DNA of 64,000 nucleotides, from the NCBI GenBank assembly GCA_009859145.1, contig VRVR01000009.1, positions 148,253-212,252 of the forward strand. The letters are read 5' to 3'. This document shows, in pieces, positions 1-9,779 of this stretch. This DNA is from Andalucia godoyi And28 (Eukaryota > Protista > Jakobida). Within the stretch, counting starts at the first letter, position 1; each line of letters opens with the position of its first letter. A model generated the notes under the pieces. The model was not told the DNA's origin and did no database searches. It saw nothing but the letters and a program-made list of their open reading frames with translations. The position numbers were made by a program, and so were the translations under genes.

Positions 1-796
1 GTAGCCAACCCCGGTTTCTCCACATTGTTCAGTGCATCAAGTTTCTTCACGTATGGAAGCGGCTTCTATCATCATTTGACTTTGTTATTCTGCGTCCGCA
101 TGCAAGTATCTCGCACTGGAATGTTGTTTCGTGATGTCGGCATTGTGCTTGTCGAGCCCGCCTCCATTTCACCCCCCAGCGTAAACGTCCCTCGCGTTTT
201 TAGCACCCATTGTGTTCTTTGCTGTTGTGTTCATGTTTTTTTGTGTGAGACGACTGTGTCTTGCTTGTGTTCCGTTGTTATCGACACCTCTGCGCATAAA
301 TGCTTCCTGTAGGTGTTTTATTCTTCCGCAGTTTGACAGTGCCCTTACGGGTGAGCGTTTCACATACCGATTTCAGCGGCGTCCGTGTTTTCGAGAATTT
401 TGCAGTTTCGTGCGGATGCATTATCGGATGGTGCATTTGCCTGACTGCTGCGGCTCGTTTCATTCAGTTTCTTGACGATATTTTGATTCACTGGCACTTG
501 TTTGTTCGCTGTTCCGGAAATTTCTTGTCTCTCAGCTGTCGACGAGTCTTTGGGTTTGGTGAAATGGATGTTATCCATTTATTCTGGATACGGAGTGTGG
601 TATCACGAACTTGGAACCTGACGATGGTCTTGCAAACGGGACGAAATGCTGCCAAGATCATGACGCCGCGCTCGCAGTTGTTTGACTATGATCGATTTCT
701 TTTTTTAATTTTTTAACTATTATTATTTTTTGATTCCAGTTTGTTCTTCCTGACGGAGAATCGCAGCGCAGTGTATTTCACACTTGATTCCACAAG

Positions 797-1549
797 TTAT
801 CTGTCGTCGTACGGAAGATTCACAAACGGAGGAGGACAGAAAGCAAAGTAACACAACAGAAAGCTGAACGACACAAAGATTCGAACCCAAAAACGTCGTG
901 AAACCCAGTTCACTAACCTCAACGCATTGCCGCATCTCGCATCACCGAGCTTTCGATCACTGACGGCGAGGTCATTGAACAAACCGACCACTGCGTTTAT
1001 TTCGTTGGCCGTGTTCGATGAAAAAATGTTTCTGCGAACTTCAGGAGAGAGGTTTCTTAATGACAGCGTTCGAGACCGGCGACAACGAATTAACTTGATC
1101 GTTCCTGCAAGCAGCAGAGCAAAGAGCAGAAGTATCGCACCTTGAAATGAATTCACGAAAGCGGAAACAGTCTCGGAAAATAACTCCGAGAGCAAAGTAG
1201 CCAATAGCCATAACAAGGAAAACACTGCAGCAAAGCGCATCACACGGCCATTACAGCATGACGGCGAGGATCTCGATTTGCGCGATCGTTGCAATGAAAA
1301 TCCATTTGGGCTGAGGAAAGTCTTTTCGGACAAAAAAGCAACGTCGAGGTCGCGCAAAATCTTTGACACTTTCTCTTGGCAACCAACACACAACACAGCA
1401 TTTCTTTCCGCCTTTTCTCTCCCAAACGAGTCGTTTGGTCCCAGTATTGCGATTTCCCGAGCCCACGTTTCTTGACGCCGCAGGCACGTCTGACAAAGTA
1501 GTAAGGAGCCTTGGAACATCACCTGCAATATTTCAAATGGAAAACTCAA
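797..1549 (-). CDS. Putative Ima1/TMEM201(Samp1)-like zinc-binding inner nuclear membrane protein; exon structure uncertain
   Basis: ORF has LLCQTCLRRQETWAREIA and LCVGCQEKVSKIL, resembling the paired CxxC motifs of the Ima1/TMEM201 N-terminal domain, followed by two hydrophobic segments. A likely acceptor (ttgcag) near 1524 suggests an upstream exon. Confidence 0.4.
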   Translation of the reverse strand: MSFPFEILQVMFQGSLLLCQTCLRRQETWAREIAILGPNDSFGREKAERNAVLCVGCQEKVSKILRDLDVAFLSEKTFLSPNGFSLQRSRKSRSSPSCCNGRVMRFAAVFSLLWLLATLLSELFSETVSAFVNSFQGAILLLFALLLAGTIKLIRCRRSRTLSLRNLSPEVRRNIFSSNTANEINAVVGLFNDLAVSDRKLGDARCGNALRLVNWVSRRFWVRIFVSFSFLLCYFAFCPPPFVNLPYDDR

Positions 1550-1863
1550 ACATTATCATTCGAGAGATCCGCTAGTGCACAATAGTCCCTTTGCGATGCA
1601 GAAACAACGTCCACGCTTCTGATGCGGGAATTCCGCTCATGAAATCAACATGCATTACCAGCCACCAAAAGTGGATGAGGAGGGAAAAATATGAGCGGAC
1701 CGATCGCAAGCTGTCGACGGCCCTAGCAAGACCGCAAACCAGAAAACAAAAAGTTCTGCGGCCCACATTTCTCTTCTCCTTCTGTGTTTTTCTTTCCTTG
1801 GGAGTTCATGTAGTATTGCTTTTTTATCTCTCCTATTCCACACACATCTTGGACCTTGCAAAT

Positions 1864-4800
1864 ATGTCCATCCTCTTGGATTTTGAATCGACTTCAACAC
1901 CTGTTCGACAAACACCCTTCCGAGGTGACGACAGGAGTGATGACGAGGACGATTACTACGTATGTGTGCAGGGGTTTTCTTCTTTTTCTTCGTTCACCCT
2001 CTCTGTCTCTTTTTCTGTCGTGGTTTGTATTTAGACATTTCTCTAACCGCTTGTTCTTTCAGGATTCTGGAAACTCTTTCAACCGCACACCTCATTCAGG
2101 CGCAATTGCGTCCTCAGAACGTGACACAGAAGGCGAGAATGATGTTTTGCAGTTTCAAGTAATTCCTTTTGATTTTGACGAGGACATCCAGCAATACGAC
2201 GGGATTCGATCCATGGCGATTGGAAATGAAATTCTGGTGATCGGCACGAACAAGTGCCGCATTTTTTACTATGACTTGGAATCGTCTAGTCCCTCTTTTT
2301 ACGACATCCCCAGAAAAGGGACTGAAAGTGTGCATCGTGTTTTTGTCGATCCAACTGGCCACCATGTTCTTGTTTCTCTCAATAACGGAGATGCATATTA
2401 TATTCATCCCAGCGCTTCCAAGCCGCGTAAAATGGATAAGCTGAAGGATCGGATGCTGTTCGAGTCCGTTGCGTTCGATCGTCGGAATACTGACCCGACT
2501 TCATCTGGTGCTGTGTTAATCGGAGGAGACAATGGCTGCCTTTATGAGGCAAGGTTCGACTCTAAAGAGGGAGTGAAGTCTTTCCGAATGGTGTATGATT
2601 TAAAAGAAAAATCTGGAGGTGAGCAGCGACCGATTACGGGTTGCGCTTTCGAGGTTTTCGGCGGCACGCAGGGTTCCATTAAGCAGATGTTCATTCTCGT
2701 CTCTACACAGTCTCGATTATATGAATTTGTTGGAGGCCCGTCCTTTGATGAAGTGTTTCAACTTTATCAAGGTGCTCCCTCGTTTGTTGAACTTCCGGGC
2801 ACACCAACCACGGGGGATCTGTGTCTTTTTACTCGCCTGTCTGCCTCTCGAACTGGCGTTAGCAACCTTCCGCAATCTTTCGCCTGGAGGACGGGGGCTG
2901 GAGTTTTCCATGGTCAGTTGTTTTTTTCAACGCAGCTTAAGAAGGATTCGATTACCTCTGACTGCGGCTTGTATCCGTATGACCCCTCCTCAGCGAATCA
3001 GATTCCGGTATCGATTGAGATTACGGAATTTCATATTTTTGTTTTGTATGAGAATCTGTTGCAAGTCTTTGTTAATCCTCCCGGAAAAGATCCCTCGCGA
3101 ATGTCTCTCGATGTGGAAGCATTGAGGTCGAGATTGGTTTTCGAGCACCGATTTGAGAAGCCAAGAGAAATCGGAGTTCCAATTGGCCTGCTTCGGGATC
3201 CGTCAACCAATAACTTGTGGCTGTTCACGGAAAAATCAATTTTTGAAGTTTCTATTCGAGATGAAGCGAGAAATGTGTGGAAAGTCTACCTGTTGCGAGC
3301 TACAGACTCTCGAAATCCCGCTCCAGAGAATTTCGAAATGGCTCTGAAGTATTGCGCTGATGATCCGGAGAAACGTGACATCGTGAATATTGCTCGTGCG
3401 GATCATTATTTTGACCATCTCAAGTCTTACGACCAGGCGGCAGCAATTTACGCGTCCACTGGTCTTCCGTTTGAAGAAGTGGCCCTCAAGTTTGTTGATG
3501 TTGGTCAAAAATCTGCTCTCAAGACGTTTCTGTTCAAGAAACTTGATTCTTTGCATCCAGAGCAACAGTTGACCCAACTTGCGTGCTTGTCTACGTGGCT
3601 TGTTGAAATATTTTTGGATGAAATGAATCAACTGCGAGAAAACAACACGGATGGAGGGAAGTCCTTCCAGAGTTGCGTGCAAGACTTTGAAAAGTTTCTT
3701 GAGGACTATCGCCGTTTCTTGAACAAGTCTACTACGTTCAACCTGATCATGTCGCATGGATTTCTAGATCAGCTCATCTTTTTCGCCACAATCATCGGAG
3801 ATTTCGACAAGGTTGTTAGTCATTATCTTTCGTATGGGGCATATGCAAAAGCTTTGAAAGTTCTTTCCACGCAATGCTTGTCACCGGATTTAGAACACTT
3901 GTTTTATAAGTTCGGACCGACTGTTATCCAGAAGCATCCGAAGCAGCTGGTTGATATTTTCATTCGAGCGGGATTTCTCAAACCTGCGAAAGTTATTCCA
4001 GTGCTGCTGCGGTATGATGCTTTCTCGATGAATGAAGACGGTGATTACGAGAATCATGCGATTCGATATCTGGAACATGTGGTGACCAAGATGAAGAACA
4101 AGGATACTGCTGTGCATAATTACTTGTGTTCTTTGTATGTGAAGTCGGGAGATGACAACAAACTGATATCTTTTGTGAATCCGCGATCGGGAGAGCGCTA
4201 TTTTGATACCAAGTATGTGCTTCGCTTATGCATTGAAGAGAAGAAGCTGATTCCGACGGTCCATTTGTATTTGGCTATGGGTCACTTTGATGAGGCTGTT
4301 GAAACTGCACTCAAGGCGAATGACGTCGAGTTTGCAAAAGTTTGTGCCAACTCAGCGGAAGACGATGAGACTTTGCGACGGAAGTTGTGGATGCGGATTG
4401 CTTGTTATGTTGTGGAAGAAAAACAGAACATCAAACAAGCGATGGAATTGATTCACGAATGCCGAATTTTGAGAATTGAGGATGTGCTTCCGTTTTTCCC
4501 CGATTTCGCACTCATTGATGACTTCAAAGAAGAAATCTGCAAGTCTCTTGAAGAGTACAATGCAGAAATTGCGTCTTTGAAGGAAGAAATGAACGACAGC
4601 ATGCATCTTGCTGAGCAAATCCGGGCAGATATTCGAGAACTACGCAACAGACACGGGTATGTGTCCCTGCAGCAAAAATGTGGATTTTCCCATCAACCTC
4701 TTAATGGAAGGCCGTTTTACCTCTTCCCTTGCGGGCATGCCTTTCTGGAGGAGGTTCTTGTTCGGGAAGTTGCTCTACGGTTGACAAAGACTCAAAGAGC

Positions 4801-5056
4801 GAAAGTACAGGTTTTGCTTGACGCTCTCTCGAGACTTGACAGTGCACCACAGCAACAAGCGCAGACCAAGGAAGTCGGTAACGTGGACAAGTTTTCTCGA
4901 GTGGAGGAAAGTGAAAGAGACCGCGTCAAGCGGGAATTGGACGACGTCGTTGCAGGCGAGTGCCCTCTTTGCGGAGAAATGATGATTCGATTGGTAGACA
5001 AACCGTTTGTGTCTTTGGATGAGACATCTGTTGAAGCGTCCTGGAGGATTACATAA
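1864..5056 (+). CDS. VPS18: Vacuolar protein sorting 18 (HOPS/CORVET subunit); exon 1864-1959, intron 1960-2062, exon 2063-5056
   Basis: N-terminal beta-propeller (Pep3/Vps18 core: VFVDPTGHHVLVS), clathrin-repeat alpha-solenoid and C-terminal RING-like (FPCGHAF...ECPLCGEMMI). GTATGT donor, CTAAC branch point at 2043-2047 and TTCAG acceptor join in frame. Confidence 0.95.
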
Positions 5057-5096
5057 TAGGTTAGCACTGTTTTTAAAAATTAGTTTTAAAAAAAAA

Positions 5097-5246
5097 GTAT
5101 TGATATTGAACGATGCGCCTACATTGTACACTGGCCACGGACGATCATCGCTGATCACCCATAATCCATGTGGAAACCCAGCATGCATAGCATGATTGGG
5201 AAGGGGGGGTAGGTCCCAACACGCCCCCTCGGCATGAGAGACGTTC
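5097..5246 (-). ncRNA. Predicted Fanzor omega-RNA scaffold (5246-5116) plus flanking 19-nt potential guide (5115-5097)
   Basis: Three hairpins and the loop/3'-end complementarity are conserved with the other two copies. The position overlapping the nuclease 3' end and element right end matches TnpB/Fanzor omega-RNAs. Expression is not shown. Confidence 0.6.
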
Positions 5247-5590
5247 CTAAGATAAATGTAGATGTTGCGCGCGCCGTTTTGCATCGGATCCGCCGCTTTT
5301 TCCGCCGCGTCATCTGCGACGTCTGGAACGCGGGCAGCAAAATATGGTCGTACTCGCTGCACAGCCACTTCGCCAATCGTCGGTGCACGTCGGCCGTCAG
5401 GCTGCGCGCCTTTTCAAAGATGCGCAGCCGCTCAGTTGTCGCCTTGGCCATCTTCGACGTCTGCGAGGCAGTGGATGCGATGGGAGCCGGCGTGGATGCT
5501 GCGGATCGTTCCGGCGGCGGTAGAGATGTCACAGGTCTTGCGCAGCGTTGGGGGCGTGACGGACATGGTGCGTTGCATGGGCAATGAAAA
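5116..5590 (-). mobile_element. Internally deleted Fanzor2/TnpB-derived non-autonomous element (copy 1); left boundary uncertain
   Basis: Translation contains RIFEKARSLTADVHRRLAKWLCSEYDHILLPAFQTSQMTRRKKRRIRCKTAR, fused directly to NGARNIY (RuvC-III region) in another frame. The 3' end CAGTGTACAATGTAGGCG is shared with the copies at 39331 and 39607. Confidence 0.85.
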
Positions 5591-5847
5591 TAAGAAATGA
5601 GCGTCGCTGTGCGAGAATGCAACGCGGCGGCGTGTTTACATAAGGATTTCATGATCAAAATAGGGCGAAACGAATCGGGCATCGTGGGACGGAGTTGTCA
5701 AATAACCAACGCATGCGCATGGCAGTGTTTTTGTTTGCGTGCGCTTAAGATTGCTTCATTATATCGCAATAAGTGGTAACGGTCTGTGAAACTGCGGTAT
5801 TGAAATCTGTCTGTTTTCCTTCTTCCTGTTTGGAATCACAGTCATAA

Positions 5848-6999
5848 CTACCTTTTCTTCTTATCTGATCGGACGCCAACACGACGATTTCGAGAGGACC
5901 CTTTCACTTCCGCATCTATGGAGACGGCGGTTTCTTGTGATGCAGCTGCTTCTAGTGGACGAATGCCTCGCGAATACTTGGTAAGAGGCCAAAACACTTC
6001 ACGAAAATTCGACAACCATCCTCGATCGTATGCATTTCGCAACTGCTGTTTGAGGACCGAGTCATGCGCAGTTGCTTTGTAAAGAGAGGACCACTTATAT
6101 GTCTCGTTTGTAGTGGTCCCCGCACGGATTAGCCACATATGATAGGATGCAAACACAAAGAGAACAACCGAAAAAATGGCAAGAGCGAAAAACAAGAAGA
6201 AGGCCACGGCATTCTCAGACAGCACGTATTGCAAGACAATCAAGTTTGAAGATGGGATCGCTTCTCCCGTTGCTGCAGAAACAAATGACACGTCAAACAA
6301 TCTGCGCTGGACGCAATTTCCATACAGCGCCATAAAAACAACATATGCCCCATACACACACAAGCCACTGTGAAAGTAGAGAAAGAGGATAAACCAACGA
6401 AGGTTGTTTTCACCAATTGTATTAAAAAACCAAGGGCAATAGTGGTCGTAACGAGACACGCACCGACCAATGAACTTGCAGTGCTTAGAACGGGCAGGCT
6501 TCGGCAGTTTGCAAGTCGGGCAGATCGCACCGGGACCGTACAGAATGCCGTCATAAGGGTAGTTCTTCATAATCCGAGAAACATTCTCCGCCGTTACTAC
6601 GCCAGGGTTCGACATGACAATAAGAAGGAACAGATTGAAACCGACCGCACAAGCACAGGGAGTAAAGACGATGTGTAGCGACGAAATCGACGGATTGGGA
6701 ATCAAGGGTTGTGCCGAATACACAAAAGCGAAATATCCAGTTGCAATGAGCATGTTATAGACAATTGCCATCAACGGATTTCTTCGATTCAGCACCCAGT
6801 CTTCAAGAGAATCATACCGCTTTGCTCCCCGTCTCCCCCCTAGACAACGAAAGGCAAACCGAAGTCCTGAAGATGGAATTCGATTCATCATGTCATATGC
6901 GGAGCCAACCCAGTCTCCATCGTGATCCTCAGAACCACCCACAAGGAGAATGTACACCAGAAATCCACCCGCTAAAAGAGTAAAGACGAAGAACAGCAT
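5848..6999 (-). CDS. DHHC-type protein S-acyltransferase (Swf1/ZDHHC4-like)
   Basis: CPTCKLPKPARSKHCKFIGRCVSRYDHYCPWFFNTIGENNLRWF cysteine-rich domain (DHYC variant), TTNETYK motif and several transmembrane segments. Confidence 0.92.
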   Translation of the reverse strand: MLFFVFTLLAGGFLVYILLVGGSEDHDGDWVGSAYDMMNRIPSSGLRFAFRCLGGRRGAKRYDSLEDWVLNRRNPLMAIVYNMLIATGYFAFVYSAQPLIPNPSISSLHIVFTPCACAVGFNLFLLIVMSNPGVVTAENVSRIMKNYPYDGILYGPGAICPTCKLPKPARSKHCKFIGRCVSRYDHYCPWFFNTIGENNLRWFILFLYFHSGLCVYGAYVVFMALYGNCVQRRLFDVSFVSAATGEAIPSSNLIVLQYVLSENAVAFFLFFALAIFSVVLFVFASYHMWLIRAGTTTNETYKWSSLYKATAHDSVLKQQLRNAYDRGWLSNFREVFWPLTKYSRGIRPLEAAASQETAVSIDAEVKGSSRNRRVGVRSDKKKR

Positions 7000-7190
7000 T
7001 GCACCTTATATGCAGAATTGCTGGTTGTGCTAGTCTGCGTGGACAAGTTGAAAAACAAAAAATCAAATATCAAACAAGGACCTTTCAAGGATGTTGCTGT
7101 GCGCGCATTTGCAGCCCTTTTCGGATCATGCATCACTTGATACCAACAGTTGCACATTTCGTGCCTGCAGCACAAGTGGCAAATCCTTGC

Positions 7191-7750
7191 ATCGACTCAG
7201 CTGCCGCCGAAGACACATCCAAGCCATATGTCTTTTTGTTTTTTAATTTGGAGGCGAGCACCAACTCTTCAATGCAGATTGCTTTGCATCAAAGGGCCAT
7301 CGCAACCAACCTATTCCCCAATCGATTCAACATCCAAAAAATGAACGTTGGAGGAAAACAGAATCTGGTGGGCGCTGTCACACATCACGCCTGATGACGC
7401 TTTTGCCTTTGCTCCTTCTTGCTCTGTGACTTGAAAGCGCATTCCGAACGCAAATCGATCACTTCTTCGTGATTTGATGATCATCAGCTTGCTCAGCAAG
7501 TTGCGACGAGCGGGGAATCAACGGCTTCCTTGGTTCTCAGTGTCTTCGAGCATGGCCGCATTTGCATTCGTTGGGAAGATCCCACTTTGGAGTCATGAGA
7601 TGTTTTGGCATTGATGAAAGGTGCTGCTTGATAGTTCGATTATAAAAAAACAAACTAACAGAACATAAGAGAACGAAAAAAAAGGGAAAGAATGAATGAA
7701 ATTCTGGACTTGACTACGGTAAGAAGACCGCGTCTCTCATAGGGTTAGAT
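7191..7750 (+). repeat. Dispersed repeat, copy A (longer) of an unidentified element
   Basis: Collinear similarity to the reverse complement of 51536-51884, e.g. CCAACTCTTCAATGCAGATTGCT, GTTGGGAAGATCCC, TGATGAAAGGTGCTGCTTGA and CTTGACTACGGTAAGAAGA. Confidence 0.9.
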
Positions 7751-7964
7751 AAAAAACCCTCCGGTATGATGTTGTTTGATGCTAATGCCCAAAACGGTCA
7801 ACCGTTGTTTTTGCGTTTTCAAAAAATGCAGGGCAAATATGCCTATGGATTTCGTGGTCCGTTATCCGAACAAAAAAAATATTTCCGACTTTTAAAAAAC
7901 AAGCAAACAAACATCGAAGCACACCGTCTTGTATTCCGCATAATTCTTAATCGCTGATCTCATC

Positions 7965-9779
7965 ATGGAGGGTGGAGTATCTGAATATAACAGGATGTTT
8001 GACTTGTCAGACCGTCTGCGACGGTTGCAAGCAAACCTTGAAGAAGCGGAATCGATTCTGCACAAACCCACGACATCCGATGGATCGTCGTTTGCGCAAT
8101 ACGAGTCCTCGGGAGTCCCTTCTTCAACGAGTCACAATTTTGAGTCTCTGCCCTATACTCAGCAGGAGCACGAGCAAGCCCGGGATCGGCATCCTGGCAG
8201 CAACAGTGCGGTTGGCATCCAGTCTTTGGGGACGCATTCCAATGGGTACTCGGAAGGCAATTATGCTGCCGAAGCACTTCCCCAGGAACCTTTGCCCTCC
8301 GATCTTCCGACGTTCGATGCATCTGAAAGTTACGGCGCCGCCTTGCATGAGCGCCACGCTACATCGGACCGAAAGTTGACCGGCGGTACCGCCGAGAAGA
8401 ATTTCAGTCAGAGTGGCCGCTCCATGAATTTTGATAGCCAATCCATGTTGCCGTTTCATGAGAGATTGCGGCTCTGGCAAGTCCAAAAGGATCGTCAGAG
8501 GGACCAGCGTCATCGAGATGTCCAGCAGCAAGAACTTGAAGGATGTACTTTTCGACCACGAATCAACCCGAATTCGCAAAGTCTTTTGCAAGAGAAGCGC
8601 GACCACGGCGAGAACATCGCGATGCAGATGTCTTCGAGGAAATCAAGGATCCAAGAAGAAATTCGAAGACAAGAAGAGGAAGAATTCCGGAAGTCCTGTA
8701 CGTTTCGGCCTCATTTAGTGGAAACCAAGATTACAAAGCAAGCGAAGCCTCGTTACATGTCACCCGGAACGGGGCACGCTGACGGTCGTTCCTCCCAGTC
8801 TGCACGTTCTCCCCCGTCGTTGTTTGGAAGCCATCGGAGCGCGTCGTCGATGTTTGATGGAGATGGAAACGTTGACTTTGGAACCAGCTCCAGTTCTCGA
8901 AGTCGTTCCGGGGCGCGAGCCAGTGGAACGGACTGTACCTTCACTCCTCAAATCAATAAGCCGAAAGGAAAACATGTCTCGCAATATCTTGAGCAGCCAG
9001 CGTTTTTGCGTCTTTCCAGGCCTTCTTCTGCGCCACCAAAAAGACCAGTGCAAAATGAGGCTCGTGATGCCAATTGCGAAAGTCCAAGTGACCAGGATGG
9101 TTCTCCAAAACCGGCTTTCGAGGAATTCCTGGAGAGACAGCGTGCCCATACGAAGCACCAACAAGAGAAAGTTGAGCTTATGAGGTCTATGAAATCAGAA
9201 ACATTCCAACCGTCAATTAGCAAAAAGAGTGTCGAGATCCTCCAGAAATCTGGTATGGGCGATTTCTTTCGTCGACAGCAAAGGAACGCGGAGTCAAAGG
9301 CCCCAGTTTCTGGGGTGCCAGAGAATTCTAGTGCCCCAGACATAACATTCCAACCCAGAATTAATCCACAGTCTGCCAAACTCAGGTCACGTACTGTGGA
9401 CGAACTTTGCTATGGAGACATGATGCGAAAGCAAGCGCAGATGGAAGCCATGAAGATGATGGCGGAGCAGAAGGAGTTGGAGAATTTAACATTTCGACCA
9501 GCCTTAGCAAATTCCAAAGTGAACGAAAGAAGCAAAAGTCGTCTTCGAGTCCTGTCAGAGCCGGAGTCGTATACGCAACGACTCCGCGAAGAACAACGGG
9601 CTCGGCAACAAAAATTCGAAACTGCACAAAGAGAACGGGAATTGTCAGAATTGTCCAGCTGCACCTTTCGACCTGAGATTCATGACGCACCGGACTATGT
9701 GAAGCGCATCGCTCGTTCCATGGCGATTGTCAAAGGTCAGAAGTCAAAATCGCCGACCTCGGAAAAGGAATGGAGGTAA
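7965..9779 (+). CDS. Uncharacterised 604-aa coiled-coil protein with seven xTF(R/Q/T)Px(I/L) repeats
   Basis: Long ORF with coding-like composition. Repeats: CTFRPRIN, CTFRPHLV, CTFTPQIN, ETFQPSIS, ITFQPRIN, LTFRPALA, CTFRPEIH. Confidence 0.85.
   Translation: MEGGVSEYNRMFDLSDRLRRLQANLEEAESILHKPTTSDGSSFAQYESSGVPSSTSHNFESLPYTQQEHEQARDRHPGSNSAVGIQSLGTHSNGYSEGNYAAEALPQEPLPSDLPTFDASESYGAALHERHATSDRKLTGGTAEKNFSQSGRSMNFDSQSMLPFHERLRLWQVQKDRQRDQRHRDVQQQELEGCTFRPRINPNSQSLLQEKRDHGENIAMQMSSRKSRIQEEIRRQEEEEFRKSCTFRPHLVETKITKQAKPRYMSPGTGHADGRSSQSARSPPSLFGSHRSASSMFDGDGNVDFGTSSSSRSRSGARASGTDCTFTPQINKPKGKHVSQYLEQPAFLRLSRPSSAPPKRPVQNEARDANCESPSDQDGSPKPAFEEFLERQRAHTKHQQEKVELMRSMKSETFQPSISKKSVEILQKSGMGDFFRRQQRNAESKAPVSGVPENSSAPDITFQPRINPQSAKLRSRTVDELCYGDMMRKQAQMEAMKMMAEQKELENLTFRPALANSKVNERSKSRLRVLSEPESYTQRLREEQRARQQKFETAQRERELSELSSCTFRPEIHDAPDYVKRIARSMAIVKGQKSKSPTSEKEWR

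Noticed and set aside
1-716. Possible gene fragment at the left edge, including a frame interrupted only by TGA codons
   Set aside because: An intron-like tract ends at 312, but no splice combination gives a recognisable protein, and TGA read-through yields nothing identifiable.
5593-5601. 9-nt match to the copy-3 guide (AGAAATGAG), and an 8-nt match to the copy-1 guide near 38832
   Set aside because: Matches this short are expected by chance in 64 kb.
7388-7450. CTGATGA motifs (also near 51680) suggesting a hammerhead ribozyme or C/D-box snoRNA
   Set aside because: No correctly placed GAAA with stems I-III and no terminal CTGA box D; the motif is not conserved in both copies.
7739-7749. 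CTAACCCTA on the minus strand resembles a telomerase RNA template for TTAGGG
   Set aside because: The paralogous copy reads CTAACTCTA, the match is only 9 nt, and it lies in a dispersed repeat.
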